A DNA stretch of 64,000 nt from Steroidobacteraceae bacterium (GCA_035554635.1 DATMIB010000067.1:282-64281); one strand, 5' to 3'. Shown: positions 22,186 to 35,422, counted from the stretch's first letter. Notes: generated from the sequence alone by a model not told the origin. Made by a program: numbers and translations.

Positions 22186-23570
22186 CCAGCCACTCTCCTT
22201 GCCGTGTCGACGCCGGTGTCGCGCGTCGACTCCAGTTCCGTGCTCGCGCCGCCGACGAGCCGGCCGCGCAGCGAGTTGCGCAGCGCCTCGGTGACCTGCA
22301 CGTCGACGAAACGGTTGATCAGCGATGCCGGGCCGTCGAAATTGACCCAGCGGTTGTTCTCGGTGCGACCTGCGAGCTGGCGCGCGTCCTTTTTCGCCGG
22401 CCGCTCCACGAGCACGCGCTGCACGGTGCCGACCATCGCTTGACTGATCGCCTCGGCCTGCTGCTGCAACTGCGCCTGCAGCCGTTCGAGCCGTGCGTGC
22501 TTTTCCTCGAGCGTCACGTCGTCGGGCAGCGAGGCCGCCGGCGTGCCGGGACGCGCGCTGTAGATGAAGCTGTAGCTCTGGTCGAAGCCGACATCGCGCA
22601 CGAGGTCGAGCGTCGCCTGGAAGTCACGTTCCGTCTCGCCCGGGAAGCCCACGATCAGGTCGGTCGAGATGCAGATGTCGGGCCGCGCCTGGCGCAGCTT
22701 GCGGAGCTTCTGCTTGTACTCGAGCACGGTGTGGCCGCGCTTCATCAGCGCGAGCACCCGGTCGGAGCCGCTCTGCACCGGCAGGTGCAGGTAGTTCGCG
22801 AGCTTGGGTACGTCGCGATAAGCCTCGACGAGGCTCTCGCGGAACTCGACCGGGTGCGAGGTCGTGAAACGGATGCGCTCGACGCCGGGCACCGCCGCGA
22901 CGAAGTAGATCAGCGCGGCGAGGTCGGCATGCCCGCCGTCCGCCATCGCGCCGCGATAGGCATTGACGTTCTGGCCGAGCAGCGTGACCTCGGAGACGCC
23001 CTGCTGCGCGAGCACGCGCACCTCGGCCATGACCTGTTCGAGCGGACGGCTGACTTCCTCGCCGCGCGTGTACGGCACGACGCAGAACGTGCAGTACTTG
23101 CTGCAGCCTTCCATGATCGAGACGAACGCGGTGGCGCCTTCGGCGCGCGGCTCCGGCAGCCGGTCGAACTTCTCGATCTCGGGGAAGCTCACGTCGACGA
23201 CCGAGCGGCCATTGCCCTTCAGCTGCGCGATCATCTCGGGCAGCCGGTGGATCGTCTGCGGCCCGAAGACGAGGTCGACGAACGGCGCCCGGTCGGTGAT
23301 GCCTTCGCCCTCCTGGCTCGCGACGCACCCGCCGACGCCGATGATGACCTCGGGCCGGCGGCCCTTGAGCGCGCGCCAGTGCCCGAGCTGCGAGAACACC
23401 TTCTCCTGCGCCTTCTCACGCACCGAGCAGGTGTTGAGCAGCAGCAGGTCGGCCTGCTCGGGGTCGTCGGTCGGCTCGTAGCCGCCCGCTGCACGCAGCA
23501 CGTCCGCCATGCGGGCGGAGTCGTACTCGTTCATCTGGCAACCGAAAGTCTTGAGGTAGACGCGTGGCAT
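22182..23570 (-). CDS. miaB: tRNA-i6A37 methylthiotransferase MiaB
   Basis: [30 protein letters not shown] (N-terminal Cys cluster) and [13 protein letters not shown] (radical-SAM CxxxCxxC). ATG at 23570 verified. The track ORF to 24860 is an antisense-kinase extension. Confidence 0.95.
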
Positions 23571-23674
23571 CGACTTGCCCGGAGGCGGCTGTTCGTTTCG
23601 AGGGGGGCGGCCGACCGGGCCGACGGGGTGCCGATTGTACCTGCTCGCGTCCCGGGGCGGGCGGGACCGGGCCT

Positions 23675-26122
23675 TCAGTGCGCTTCGGTAGACTTCCGCG
23701 GGGGGTGGGCCAGCAGGGCCTCCAGGACCTCGATTTCGACGGGCTTGACCAGGTGCGCGTCGAATCCGCCCTGGGCCGACCGGCACCGGTCGGCGGCCTG
23801 GCCGAAACCGCTCAGCGCGACCACGCTCAGGGCGGCGCGCCCCGGCAGCGCCCCGATGCGGCGCGCCACTTCGTAGCCATCCATGCCGGGCATGCCGAGG
23901 TCGAGCAGCACGATGTCCGGCGCGTCGCGCGCCACGGCCTCGAGCGCTGCGGCACCGTCGTGCGCGAGCCGGACCTGGTGACCCAGAAGCTGCAGCAGTG
24001 CGCCGAGGGATTCGCCCGCGTCGCGGTTGTCGTCGACCACCAGCACCCGCCGGGCGGCGGCGGCGCGGCGAGGGACAGCCTGCGACGCGTCGGCGGCCAC
24101 GGCCTTCGGTCCGATGGGCAGCCTGACCTCCAGCGCGCTGCCGCGCCCGCTGCGCCCGGCCGAGGCGCGGATCGAGCCGCCGTGCAGTTCGACGATGCTG
24201 CGCGCGAGGGCCAGGCCGAGGCCGAGGCCCCCGTAGCGCCCGCGTCGCGCGACCGGCTCGAGCTGCACGAACGGCTCGAAGACATGCTCGAGCATGTCGG
24301 GCGGGATGCCGAAACCCTCGTCTTCGACGACGATGATCGCCTCGCCCCCCGCCTCCCCGCGCAGGGACACGCCGATACGGCCGGCCGGCGCGTTGTAGTG
24401 CGCGGCGTTGTTGAGCAGGTTGGTCAGCACCTGGGTCACGCGTATCGGGTCGACGTGCACCAGCAGCGGGCGCGCCGGCAGGTCGACCTGGACTTCGTGG
24501 TTGCCGGCGTCGAGGAGCGGCCGGCTGGTCTCGAGCGCGTTGCGCACCACTTCGGCCAGGTCCACCGGCTCCCGGTGCAACTCGAGCTTGCCGCGCGAGA
24601 TCCGCGAGGTGTCGAGCAGGTCGTCGAGCAGCCGGACCATCTGGTCGACCTGGCGCTGCATCATTTCGCGTGTCCGCCGCGCGCGTTCGTTGCCCGACGG
24701 GTCGCGACGCAGCACTTCGAGGCCGTTGCGCAGCGGCGCGAGCGGATTGCGCAGCTCGTGTGCCAGCACGGCGAGGAAGTCGTCCTTGCGCCGGTCTGCG
24801 GCAGTCAGGCGCTCCTGCGCGATCTTGAGGTCGTGGACGTCGGTGGCCGTCCCGAACCACTGTCGCGCGCCGGCCGGTCCGACCCGGTGTGCGCGACTCA
24901 GGTGCCAGCGGAAGTGGCCGTCACTCATGCGCATTCGATGCTCGCACTCGTAGGTCCCGCCGTTCGCCACCGCGTGTCGCCAGGCGCGGACGGTCCGGTC
25001 CTCGTCGTCCGGGTGCAGGCTCGGATGCCAGTTCCAGGTGCCGTCGTCGTTCTCACTCAAGCCGGTGTAACGCGTCACCTGCGTGTTGTAGTAATCCACC
25101 GTGCCGTCGGCCGTCGCGGTCCAGACGAGTTGCGGCATCGCATCGGCGAGCCGGCGAAACCGCATTTCGCTGTCGCGCAGCGCGCCTTCCGCCATGCGCT
25201 GCTCGGTCAGGTCGTGAACGGAAAGGAACACCAGTCCCTCGCCGCTCGGCATCGACACGCGCGCGCCGGAATACGACACGATGCGCTCCCAATGCTGTGC
25301 AGCGGGACGCAGCCGCAACTCGAGCCGGTCGATCGTCTCGCCACGGCGGATGCGCGGAATCGGCCACTCGCTGCGTTCGAGCCGTCGTGCGCCGTCGGCA
25401 CTCCACAGCTCGAACGGCATCGACGCGAGCGGCCCGAGGCCGTCGGCGACCTCGGTCATGCAGTGGATGCGACGCGCCGCGGGATTCCAGTAGATCAGTT
25501 CGTCGTGATCGTCGGCGATGATCGCGCCCTCGCCGAAATGCTCCAGCGCGGCGTTCCAGCGCTCCTCGCTGCGCTGCAGCGCATCGGCCGACTGGCGACG
25601 ACGCTCGGCGTCGCGCGCCCTCTCGGTGATGTCCTTGAACAGGATCGCGACGTGGGCCTGGGCCGGCTCGTCGACGCGGTACGCGTACACCTCGTACACG
25701 CGACCGAGGGCCTTTGCCACGCTCTCGAACTGTGCGGGTTCGCCCGTGCGGGCCACGCGGCCGTAGCGCTCGAACCAGATCGGTTCGTGCTCGGGCGCGA
25801 TCTCCCGCATGCGCCGGCCGGCCGCGCCGACGATGCCCGTCTGCGCCTCGAACGCGGGGTTCGTCTCGAGAAAGCGGTAGTCGACGGCCTCGCCTGACGC
25901 GTCGAAGATCATCTCGACCACGCAGAACCCGCGGTCGATGAAACGCAGCAGCGTGTCGTACCGGCTGACGCTCGCCCGCAAAGCGGCCGCCGTGTTCTGC
26001 AAGGAAGCGAGCGCAGCCTCCGCTGCGTCGGCGACGGAATCGGCGTCGCCACGATGGAGCGCTTCGATCGTCGCTTCGGCGGCGGCGAGGCGCTGCTCGA
26101 TGCCCGGGACGGGTTCAGGCAT
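23675..26122 (-). CDS. hybrid sensor histidine kinase / response regulator with about 3 PAS domains
   Basis: PAS-like blocks (e.g. [28 protein letters not shown]); His[18 protein letters not shown]; HATPase_c (N, G1 DEGFGI, G2 GLGLGLA); C-terminal receiver [31 protein letters not shown]. Confidence 0.9.
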   Translation of the reverse strand: MPEPVPGIEQRLAAAEATIEALHRGDADSVADAAEAALASLQNTAAALRASVSRYDTLLRFIDRGFCVVEMIFDASGEAVDYRFLETNPAFEAQTGIVGAAGRRMREIAPEHEPIWFERYGRVARTGEPAQFESVAKALGRVYEVYAYRVDEPAQAHVAILFKDITERARDAERRRQSADALQRSEERWNAALEHFGEGAIIADDHDELIYWNPAARRIHCMTEVADGLGPLASMPFELWSADGARRLERSEWPIPRIRRGETIDRLELRLRPAAQHWERIVSYSGARVSMPSGEGLVFLSVHDLTEQRMAEGALRDSEMRFRRLADAMPQLVWTATADGTVDYYNTQVTRYTGLSENDDGTWNWHPSLHPDDEDRTVRAWRHAVANGGTYECEHRMRMSDGHFRWHLSRAHRVGPAGARQWFGTATDVHDLKIAQERLTAADRRKDDFLAVLAHELRNPLAPLRNGLEVLRRDPSGNERARRTREMMQRQVDQMVRLLDDLLDTSRISRGKLELHREPVDLAEVVRNALETSRPLLDAGNHEVQVDLPARPLLVHVDPIRVTQVLTNLLNNAAHYNAPAGRIGVSLRGEAGGEAIIVVEDEGFGIPPDMLEHVFEPFVQLEPVARRGRYGGLGLGLALARSIVELHGGSIRASAGRSGRGSALEVRLPIGPKAVAADASQAVPRRAAAARRVLVVDDNRDAGESLGALLQLLGHQVRLAHDGAAALEAVARDAPDIVLLDLGMPGMDGYEVARRIGALPGRAALSVVALSGFGQAADRCRSAQGGFDAHLVKPVEIEVLEALLAHPPRKSTEAH

Positions 26123-26305
26123 CAGGGGTGACCTCGCGGGGCAGCAAATCGAGCGGCGGCGTTTCGGTGGGCATGGGGCATGGGACGTCGTACCGTGCAG
26201 CGTGCGGGTCGTGTTTGCGCCACGACATCAGCGCGGCCCTCGCGACGGTCGCCAGCCGGCTCACTGGTCGGCAAAGGTCGAGGAACCACGGCTATAGGGC
26301 TTGGC

Positions 26306-27439
26306 CTACCGACCCGTCGCGGCAATCGATCGCCTGGGCAGGGTCACCGTGAACACGGTCTGGCGGTCTTTGGATGTGGCAGCGATCGTGCCGCCGTGCG
26401 CCTTCGCGATCTCGCTCGCGATATACAGGCCCAGGCCCAACCCGGCCTCGTTGCTGGTCGGGCCGCCGTGCCCCCGACGCAGGGGCTCGAACAGGTGCGC
26501 GAGCGCTTCGTCTTCGATCGTTTCGCCGGTGTTGGCGACGGTCAGGCGGACGCCGGTTTCAGCTCCATGCAGCGCGACACGGATCGTCCCGTCGGGCGCG
26601 CCGTAGTGCAGCGCGTTCAGGATGAGGTTGTCGAGCACCTGCTGCACGCGGTCGGGGTCCCACGAACCAGTGCAATTCCCGGAGACTTCCAGCTCCACGG
26701 CGCGTTGCGGGTAGGTCGCCTGGAACTGCTCGACTTCCTCCGCACAGACCTTGCCCAGGTCGACTTCGCGGGGCGTCACCCGGATTCCCAGGCCGAGTTC
26801 GGTGCGATTGAAGTCGACAAGGTCGTCGAGGAGCTTCTGCATGCGTGCACCACTGCGGACGATGCGTTCCGTGGCGCGCCCGAGGTCGTCGTCGGCTGCC
26901 ATGGCCTGCAAATGCCTGGCCGTCATCTGGATGGCATGCAGCGGGCTGCGCAGGTCGTGGCTCAGCATGCCGAGCAGCAGGTTGCGCGCGCGTGTCACGT
27001 GCACGGTGAACGACGCGATGGACTCCGCCAGCGCCTGGTCGATCGCCTCGTTGAACCGTATGAGGTCGTCGATGCCCGGCGGCTCGGGCAAACATGCCTC
27101 CATCCAGCTCTTCAGCACGCTGGCCCGCAGCGCGCGATATTCGGAGGCAAGCTGGTCGATGTTGAAGCCGCTTTCCGCCCGCAGGATTGCGTGCGTCTGG
27201 GCCGCCGTCCTGGAGGCGCCGCTGACCGCCGGAGCGAGGCCCATCGACTTCGCCGTTTGTTCGTCCGGGCTCTGGGCGGTCGCGAGGTCGGCGACGATCG
27301 CCTGCAGGATCTCCGGGCCGTGGTCGCGCAGCGAGCGCGAAGACATGTGCTCGGCCGCCGGCAAGCGTGTCGTCGCGAACGCCTCCCACCGCTGCAGGAT
27401 GGCCTCCATGTCGCGCAGGATGAAATCGCCGAGACGCAT
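26306..27439 (-). CDS. cytoplasmic sensor histidine kinase (N-terminal RsbRD-like sensing region)
   Basis: No TM segment seen. HisKA LGMLSHDLRSPLHAI; HATPase_c (LDNLILNALHYG, NTGETI, GLGLGLYIA). Strong SD GGAGG precedes ATG 27439. Confidence 0.88.
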   Translation of the reverse strand: MRLGDFILRDMEAILQRWEAFATTRLPAAEHMSSRSLRDHGPEILQAIVADLATAQSPDEQTAKSMGLAPAVSGASRTAAQTHAILRAESGFNIDQLASEYRALRASVLKSWMEACLPEPPGIDDLIRFNEAIDQALAESIASFTVHVTRARNLLLGMLSHDLRSPLHAIQMTARHLQAMAADDDLGRATERIVRSGARMQKLLDDLVDFNRTELGLGIRVTPREVDLGKVCAEEVEQFQATYPQRAVELEVSGNCTGSWDPDRVQQVLDNLILNALHYGAPDGTIRVALHGAETGVRLTVANTGETIEDEALAHLFEPLRRGHGGPTSNEAGLGLGLYIASEIAKAHGGTIAATSKDRQTVFTVTLPRRSIAATGR

Positions 27440-27527
27440 GCGGCCTCCGTAGCGAAGGGCGATCGGGCCCTCATGGTACGCCGCACGAAGCCGACCTGGG
27501 CGTCAGCGGCCTATACGGCGCCGCAAG

Positions 27528-27557
27528 CAGAAAGCCCCCGAAACCGGGGGCTTTCTG
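27528..27557 (-). terminator. 13-bp GC-rich hairpin downstream of ssb
   Basis: cagaaagcccccg-aaac-cgggggctttctg, 40 nt after the ssb stop. Only a weak T tract follows on the minus strand. Confidence 0.6.
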
Positions 27558-27596
27558 GAATCAGAAACTGGGCAGTCAGTCCTGCAGATATGGACT

Positions 27597-28082
27597 TCAG
27601 AACGGGATGTCGTCGTCGAACTCGGTCGGGCCCGAGTCGCTGACCGGCGCACGACTGCCGCCAGCCGACGCAGGTGCCTGGCGCGACCGCGACTCGCCGC
27701 CGCCGTAGTCGCCACCGCCGCCACCGCCCATGCCGCCGCCACCCGGGCGGCCGCCGAGCATCTGCATCTCGTTGGCGTTGATCTCGGTCGTGTAGCGGTC
27801 CCGGCCTTCCTTGTCCTGCCACTTGCGCGTGCGCAGCTTGCCCTCGATGTACACCTGCGAACCCTTCTTGAGGTACTCGGCGGCGATCTCGGCGAGGCGG
27901 TCGTACATGACGATGTTGTGCCACTCCGTCTGCTCGCGCTGCTCGCCGGTCTGCTTGTCCTTCCAGGACTCGCTCGTGGCGATGCTGAAGTTCGTGACCG
28001 CCTTGCCGTTCGGCATGTAGCGGGTCTCGGGGTCCTTGCCCAGGTTGCCGACGAGGATGACTTTGTTGACGCCGCGTGCCAT
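27597..28082 (-). CDS. ssb: single-stranded DNA-binding protein
   Basis: [43 protein letters not shown]..; Gly-rich linker; acidic tail DDDIPF. Confidence 0.97.
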   Translation of the reverse strand: MARGVNKVILVGNLGKDPETRYMPNGKAVTNFSIATSESWKDKQTGEQREQTEWHNIVMYDRLAEIAAEYLKKGSQVYIEGKLRTRKWQDKEGRDRYTTEINANEMQMLGGRPGGGGMGGGGGGDYGGGESRSRQAPASAGGSRAPVSDSGPTEFDDDIPF

Positions 28083-28166
28083 GTGAGGGGAGTCCGTGTT
28101 TCTGCAGGGAAAGGTGGGGGATTTTACGGCAAGCCGGCGCCTGCCGCCGGGCGTTAATGGCCGGGT

Positions 28167-29348
28167 TCAGCCCGAAACGGGCTCGCTGACCGGTTCGCCC
28201 GAGCGGCCAGCCAGCAGGGCCCAGCCGAAGGCCAGCACGGCGCAGCCCCAGAAGACGCCCACGAGGCCGAACTGGCCCAGCAGGACGCCGCCGATCGCGC
28301 CGCCGGCGAACGCGCCCAGGAACTGCGCGGTCGCGAATACGCCGAGCGCGGCGCCCCGGTCCGCGGTGGGCGCCGCCTGGGTCAGCAACGCGGGCAACCG
28401 GGCCTCGAGGAAGTTGAACACCGCGAAAAACAGTGTCAGCGCCGCCAGCACCACCCAGAGGTGGTGATGGTCGAGTCCGAGGACGGCTTGGGCGAGCCCG
28501 GTCAGCGCGACAGCCAGCACGAACAGGAACCCTGCCCGCCCGCCTCGCTCCGTCCGCAGCACGAGCGGCAAGGTGCCGGCGATCGACGCCACGAACACGC
28601 CCAGGTAGACCATCCAGTGGTCCGCGCTCGCGATCCCGAGGTGGGTTTCGAGCACCTGCGGCACCGACAGGAACGTGGCCGTCATGATCGAGTGCAGCGC
28701 GAACATGCCGAAATACAGCGGCCGCAGCTGCGGCCGGTTCACGAGCTCCAGCATGCCCGACAGTCGCCTGCTCTCGGCGCCGCCGTGGCGCGGCGGCTCG
28801 GCCGGCACGGCGAAATGCAGCAGCACCAGCCCGAGCAGCGCCATCGCCAGCATGATGCCGAAGATTCCGGGCACGCCGATCGCGGCGTCGAGCGCAGGCG
28901 CCGCCACCAGCGCGACGATGAACGACGCCCCGATGCTGATGCCGATGATCGCCATCGCGCGGGTACGGACTTCGGTGCGCGTCAGGTCGGCGAGCAGCGC
29001 GCTGACCGAGGCCGACACCGCGCCCGCGCCCTGCACACCACGCGCGATCGCGAGCATCACGAGGCTGTCGGCGACCATGCCGAGGACCGAGCCGGCCACG
29101 AAGAACAGCAATCCCAGCGTGATCAAGGGCTTGCGACCGTAGCGGTCGGACCAGCGGCCGAACGGGATCTGCAGCACGGCCTGGGTCAGGCCGTAGGCAC
29201 CCATCGCGATGCCGAGCAACTGCGGCGAGTAGTCCGGCAGCGTGTGCGCGTACAGCGCCAGCACGGGCAACAGCAGGAACATGCCGAGCATGCGCGACGC
29301 GTAGATCGCAGCCAATGCGCCGACCGACCGGCGTTCGACAGGAGTCAT
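28167..29348 (-). CDS. MFS transporter
   Basis: 393 aa, about 12 hydrophobic segments, GRWSDRYGRKP motif between TM2 and TM3. Sits between ssb and divergent uvrA. Confidence 0.85.
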   Translation of the reverse strand: MTPVERRSVGALAAIYASRMLGMFLLLPVLALYAHTLPDYSPQLLGIAMGAYGLTQAVLQIPFGRWSDRYGRKPLITLGLLFFVAGSVLGMVADSLVMLAIARGVQGAGAVSASVSALLADLTRTEVRTRAMAIIGISIGASFIVALVAAPALDAAIGVPGIFGIMLAMALLGLVLLHFAVPAEPPRHGGAESRRLSGMLELVNRPQLRPLYFGMFALHSIMTATFLSVPQVLETHLGIASADHWMVYLGVFVASIAGTLPLVLRTERGGRAGFLFVLAVALTGLAQAVLGLDHHHLWVVLAALTLFFAVFNFLEARLPALLTQAAPTADRGAALGVFATAQFLGAFAGGAIGGVLLGQFGLVGVFWGCAVLAFGWALLAGRSGEPVSEPVSG

Positions 29349-29405
29349 CGCCGGCCTCTGGACAGGATCGCGGGGTCGGATGGTCTTTGCCTCGAAACGG
29401 GAGCG

Positions 29406-29421
29406 CTGCCTATATTAGCAG
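29406..29421. promoter_or_regulatory. possible LexA (SOS) box or -10 region upstream of uvrA
   Basis: CTGCCTATATTAGCAG lies 46 nt before the uvrA ATG. It is CTG-N10-CAG with an AT-rich core, resembling CTGT-N8-ACAG with symmetric T>C / A>G changes. It is the only AT-rich patch in the divergent MFS/uvrA spacer. Confidence 0.35.
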
Positions 29422-29466
29422 GCTGCCCCCAGCGGCCCCACGCACGAACGCAGAGCTGACTCCCGC

Positions 29467-32292
<2,826 letters not shown>

Positions 32293-32296
32293 TCGT

Positions 32297-32428
32297 CACC
32301 TCTCCCACGCGTGGGAGAGGTGAAGAGCCCTCACCCGCCGCTGCGCGGCGACCTCTCCCGCGAACGGGAGAGGTGAAGAATCCTCAGCCGCCGCTCTGCG
32401 GCGACCTCTCCGGCGAGCGGGAGAGGTG
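32297..32428. repeat. three tandem REP-like units (CACCTCTCCC-N6-GGGAGAGGTG plus GCCGC..GCGGC)
   Basis: cacctctcccacgcgtgggagaggtg (32297-32322), acctctcccgcgaacgggagaggtg (32351-32375), acctctccggcgagcgggagaggtg (32404-32428), separated by gaagaNcctcaNccgccgctNNgcggcg spacers. Starts 5 nt after the uvrA stop. Confidence 0.85.
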
Positions 32429-32932
32429 TGGGCGGACTTCGGTGCGGAAGCGGTGGCGGATCTCGCCGCCGGCGCGAGTCTCGGTGTAACGCCCACCCGT
32501 CTGCACCGCGATCACGCGACGCCAGAACTGCAGCGCGGGACGGTTGTGCTCGTCCTCGATGACTTCCCAGTCACCCGAAAACCGGTGGAACAGCAGCGCC
32601 GCGGCGCTGGCACCGACACCGCGCCGACGCGCCGCGGGTTCGACGAAGAATTCCGACATGCGGTAGTCGTACGGCACGCGCGGGAACAGCGGTGGCCGCG
32701 CTACGCGCGCAAACCCTGCGCGCTCGCCGTTGACCAGGATCACGAACGGGTGCGAGCCGGTGTCGCTGAACCAGCTGGAGAGGAATTCGTCCTCGCGCGC
32801 GTCCCATTCGCCGAGCACCGGGAACAGGCCGGTCCGGGAGGTCGAGAGATCGGCGAGATAGCCACGATAAACCGCGCGAATCCATTCGCGGTCCTGAGGT
32901 GCGTTGCGTGCGTCGCGAATCGAGACGGACAC
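32384..32932 (-). CDS. GNAT-family N-acetyltransferase
   Basis: FVILVNGERAGFARV..MSEFFVEPAARRRGVGASAA (acetyl-CoA R/QxxGxG/A motif). Start placed at GTG 32932 (VSVSIRDARN) and is uncertain. The last roughly 15 codons and the stop lie inside the REP units. Confidence 0.7.
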   Translation of the reverse strand: MSVSIRDARNAPQDREWIRAVYRGYLADLSTSRTGLFPVLGEWDAREDEFLSSWFSDTGSHPFVILVNGERAGFARVARPPLFPRVPYDYRMSEFFVEPAARRRGVGASAAALLFHRFSGDWEVIEDEHNRPALQFWRRVIAVQTGGRYTETRAGGEIRHRFRTEVRPHLSRSPERSPQSGG

Positions 32933-33096
32933 TGGTGACCCACTCGCCTCCAGCGGCAGATCGTGCGGGGTCGGGCGTCGCGGTGGCGACGGACTCCCCC
33001 GGGGGCTGGTCGGGAGCCGTGACTCCCGCAGGGTCAGGATGGAGCGGACCCCAGCCGGGATCCGCTCCACCCGAGACTACAAACTAACCTTGGAGA

Positions 33097-33378
33097 TTAG
33101 TTCGCGGCCGGGGCAGTGCCTTCGGCCGGGGCAGCAGCGGCGTCGGCCGGGGCAGCGGCCGGGTCGACCGGGGCAGCCGGGTCGACCGGGGCGACGGCGG
33201 CGTCGACGGCAGCAGCGGCGTCCGTGGCGGCAGCGGCGGCGTCCGTGGCGGCCTGGTCGGCAGCGGCAGCGGCTTCAGCAGCGGCGTCGGCAGCGGCTTC
33301 AACCGGCTCTTCCTTCTTGGCGCAGCCGGCGAGGGCGAGGGCGGCGAGGGCGGCGGCGAGGGCGATCTTCGCGTTCAT
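33097..33378 (-). CDS. small Ala/Asp/Pro-rich lipoprotein
   Basis: MNAKIALAAALAALALAGCAKKEE (lipobox LAGC), followed by a low-complexity AAADAAAEAAAAADQAATDAAAAATDAAAAVDAAVAPVDPAAPVDPAAAP. ATG at 33378 verified. Confidence 0.6.
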   Translation of the reverse strand: MNAKIALAAALAALALAGCAKKEEPVEAAADAAAEAAAAADQAATDAAAAATDAAAAVDAAVAPVDPAAPVDPAAAPADAAAAPAEGTAPAAN

Positions 33379-33666
33379 GGATGAATACCCCAATACAGTC
33401 GTTCGGTAAGTGATGTCGATCATTGGCCATCTGGGGCTGGTGTCGGCGGAGCCGTGCCAGCCGGATGCGCGGAGGGGATTCTAGGGCGACGCCTACAGGG
33501 GGGAACCGTCGAAACTGTCTCTGAATGGCGACAGCGCGTTCCGCTGTTGCTCGAGCAGGGCATCCGCGCACGAGACTGGCTCCAGCCAACGTGTGCAGCC
33601 GGATCCCGCGCCGGGCCTCGCATCTCCTATCATCGCGGCTGCGTTCACGACTGCGAGCAGCCGACC

Positions 33667-35010
33667 ATGACCGATTCCCTCGACCTGACGTTTCCGGCCC
33701 ACATCGCACACGTCCGCGCGCTCGCTGACCGCGCGCTCGAACTTGCGGGCTGCGACGGCCTCGTCGTGTATTCGGGGCACCCGGGACTGCATTTCCTCGA
33801 CGACCATGGGCCGCCGTTCAAGGCCAACCCGCATTTCCTGCACTGGGCGCCCCTGCTCGAAGCGCCCGACAGTTTCGTGCGCTACCTGCCGGGGCAGCGG
33901 CCCGAACTCGTGTTCCACCAGCCGGCCGACTACTGGCACAAGCCGCCGGAACTGCCCGCCGGCGAGTGGACGCGCGAATTCGAGATCAAGGTGATCCGCG
34001 AGCCGTCGCAGGCGCGCGAACTGCTGCAGGCCGGCAACCGGCGCCTGGCGTTCGTCGGTGAACCCGCGCCCGGCTTCGAGGACTGGGGCTTCGGCGCGAC
34101 GAACCCGCCCGCGCTGCTCGCATACCTGCACTATCACCGCGCGGCGAAGACCCCCTACGAACTTGCCTGCATGCGCGAGGCCTCGCGGCTCGGCGCACGG
34201 GGCCACGTCGCCGCGACCGCGGCCTACCATGCGGGCGCATCGGAGTTCGAGGTGCACCAGGCCTACTGTTCCGCGGTCGGGCTGCGCGAACAGGAACTGC
34301 CGTACGGCAACATCGTCGCGTTCGGCGAAGGGGCCGCCATCCTGCACTACACGGCGCTGGGTCGCCGTCGCGACGTGCCGCGCCCGACGTTCCTGATCGA
34401 TGCCGGCGCGCAGTGCCGCGGCTACGCGAGCGACATCACGCGCACGCACGTCGCACGCGCGGGCGTCGACGCGCAGTTCGTCGAACTGCTCGCGGCGATG
34501 GAGACGCTGCAACTGCAGATCTGTGCCGCCGTGCGTCCCGGTGTCGATTACCGCGACATCCACCTGCTTGCCCACCGGCTGATCGCCGAGGCGTTGATTC
34601 GCGCGGGCGTCATCGTCGGCTGCGATGCGGACGCCGCGGTGAGCAGCGGGCTGTCGAACGTCTTTTTCCCGCACGGCATCGGCCACCTGCTCGGCCTGCA
34701 GGTGCACGACGTCGCGGGCCTCGCGGCGGACGAGCACGGCCGCGAACAGATCCCGCGTCCGGCCGGGCACCCGTACCTGCGACTCACGCGCACGCTCGAG
34801 CCCGGTTTCGTAGTCACGATCGAGCCGGGACTCTACTTCATCGACCTGCTGCTCGACGCGGCGCGGACCAACGGCCTCGGCCGCCACATCCACTGGGACA
34901 CGGTGCAGCGCTTGCGGCCTTACGGCGGCATCCGCGTCGAGGACGACGTCGCGTGCACCCAGGCGGAGCCGGAGAACCTCACGCGCGACGCGTTCGCGTC
35001 GCTCGACTGA
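33667..35010 (+). CDS. pepQ: Xaa-Pro dipeptidase
   Basis: MTDSLDLTFPAHIAHVRALADRAL..; M24 metal ligands (IDAGAQCRGYASDITRT, HGIGHLLGLQVHD, TIEPG, RVEDD). ATG at 33667. Confidence 0.9.
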   Translation: MTDSLDLTFPAHIAHVRALADRALELAGCDGLVVYSGHPGLHFLDDHGPPFKANPHFLHWAPLLEAPDSFVRYLPGQRPELVFHQPADYWHKPPELPAGEWTREFEIKVIREPSQARELLQAGNRRLAFVGEPAPGFEDWGFGATNPPALLAYLHYHRAAKTPYELACMREASRLGARGHVAATAAYHAGASEFEVHQAYCSAVGLREQELPYGNIVAFGEGAAILHYTALGRRRDVPRPTFLIDAGAQCRGYASDITRTHVARAGVDAQFVELLAAMETLQLQICAAVRPGVDYRDIHLLAHRLIAEALIRAGVIVGCDADAAVSSGLSNVFFPHGIGHLLGLQVHDVAGLAADEHGREQIPRPAGHPYLRLTRTLEPGFVVTIEPGLYFIDLLLDAARTNGLGRHIHWDTVQRLRPYGGIRVEDDVACTQAEPENLTRDAFASLD

Positions 35011-35026
35011 GAAGACCCCGCGTCGG

Positions 35027-35422
35027 TCAACGCGGGTGCTTCAGCAGGTCGCGGATTTCGGTCAGCAGCACCACGTCCGGGGCCGGCGCCGGGTCGGCCG
35101 CCGGCGGTGGCGGCGTCTTGAGCTTGTTGATGACCTTGAGCGCCATGAAGATCGCCGCGGCGATCACGAGGAAGTCGAACACGTTCTGCAGGAACACGCC
35201 GTACTTGACGAGGATCGGCGTGCCGGCCGGATCGTTGCCCAAGCTCCACGCGAGGTCCTTGAAGTTCACGCCGCCGATCAGCTTGCCGAGTGCAGGCGTC
35301 ACGACGTCCGCCACGAGCGACGACACGATCTTGCCGAAGGCTGCGCCGATCACGACGCCGACCGCCATGTCGAGCACGTTGCCCTTCATGGCGAATTCCT
35401 TGAATTCCTTGATCAGGCTCAT
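35027..35422 (-). CDS. mscL: large-conductance mechanosensitive channel
   Basis: [43 protein letters not shown]..; 131 aa. ATG at 35422 verified. Confidence 0.95.
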   Translation of the reverse strand: MSLIKEFKEFAMKGNVLDMAVGVVIGAAFGKIVSSLVADVVTPALGKLIGGVNFKDLAWSLGNDPAGTPILVKYGVFLQNVFDFLVIAAAIFMALKVINKLKTPPPPAADPAPAPDVVLLTEIRDLLKHPR

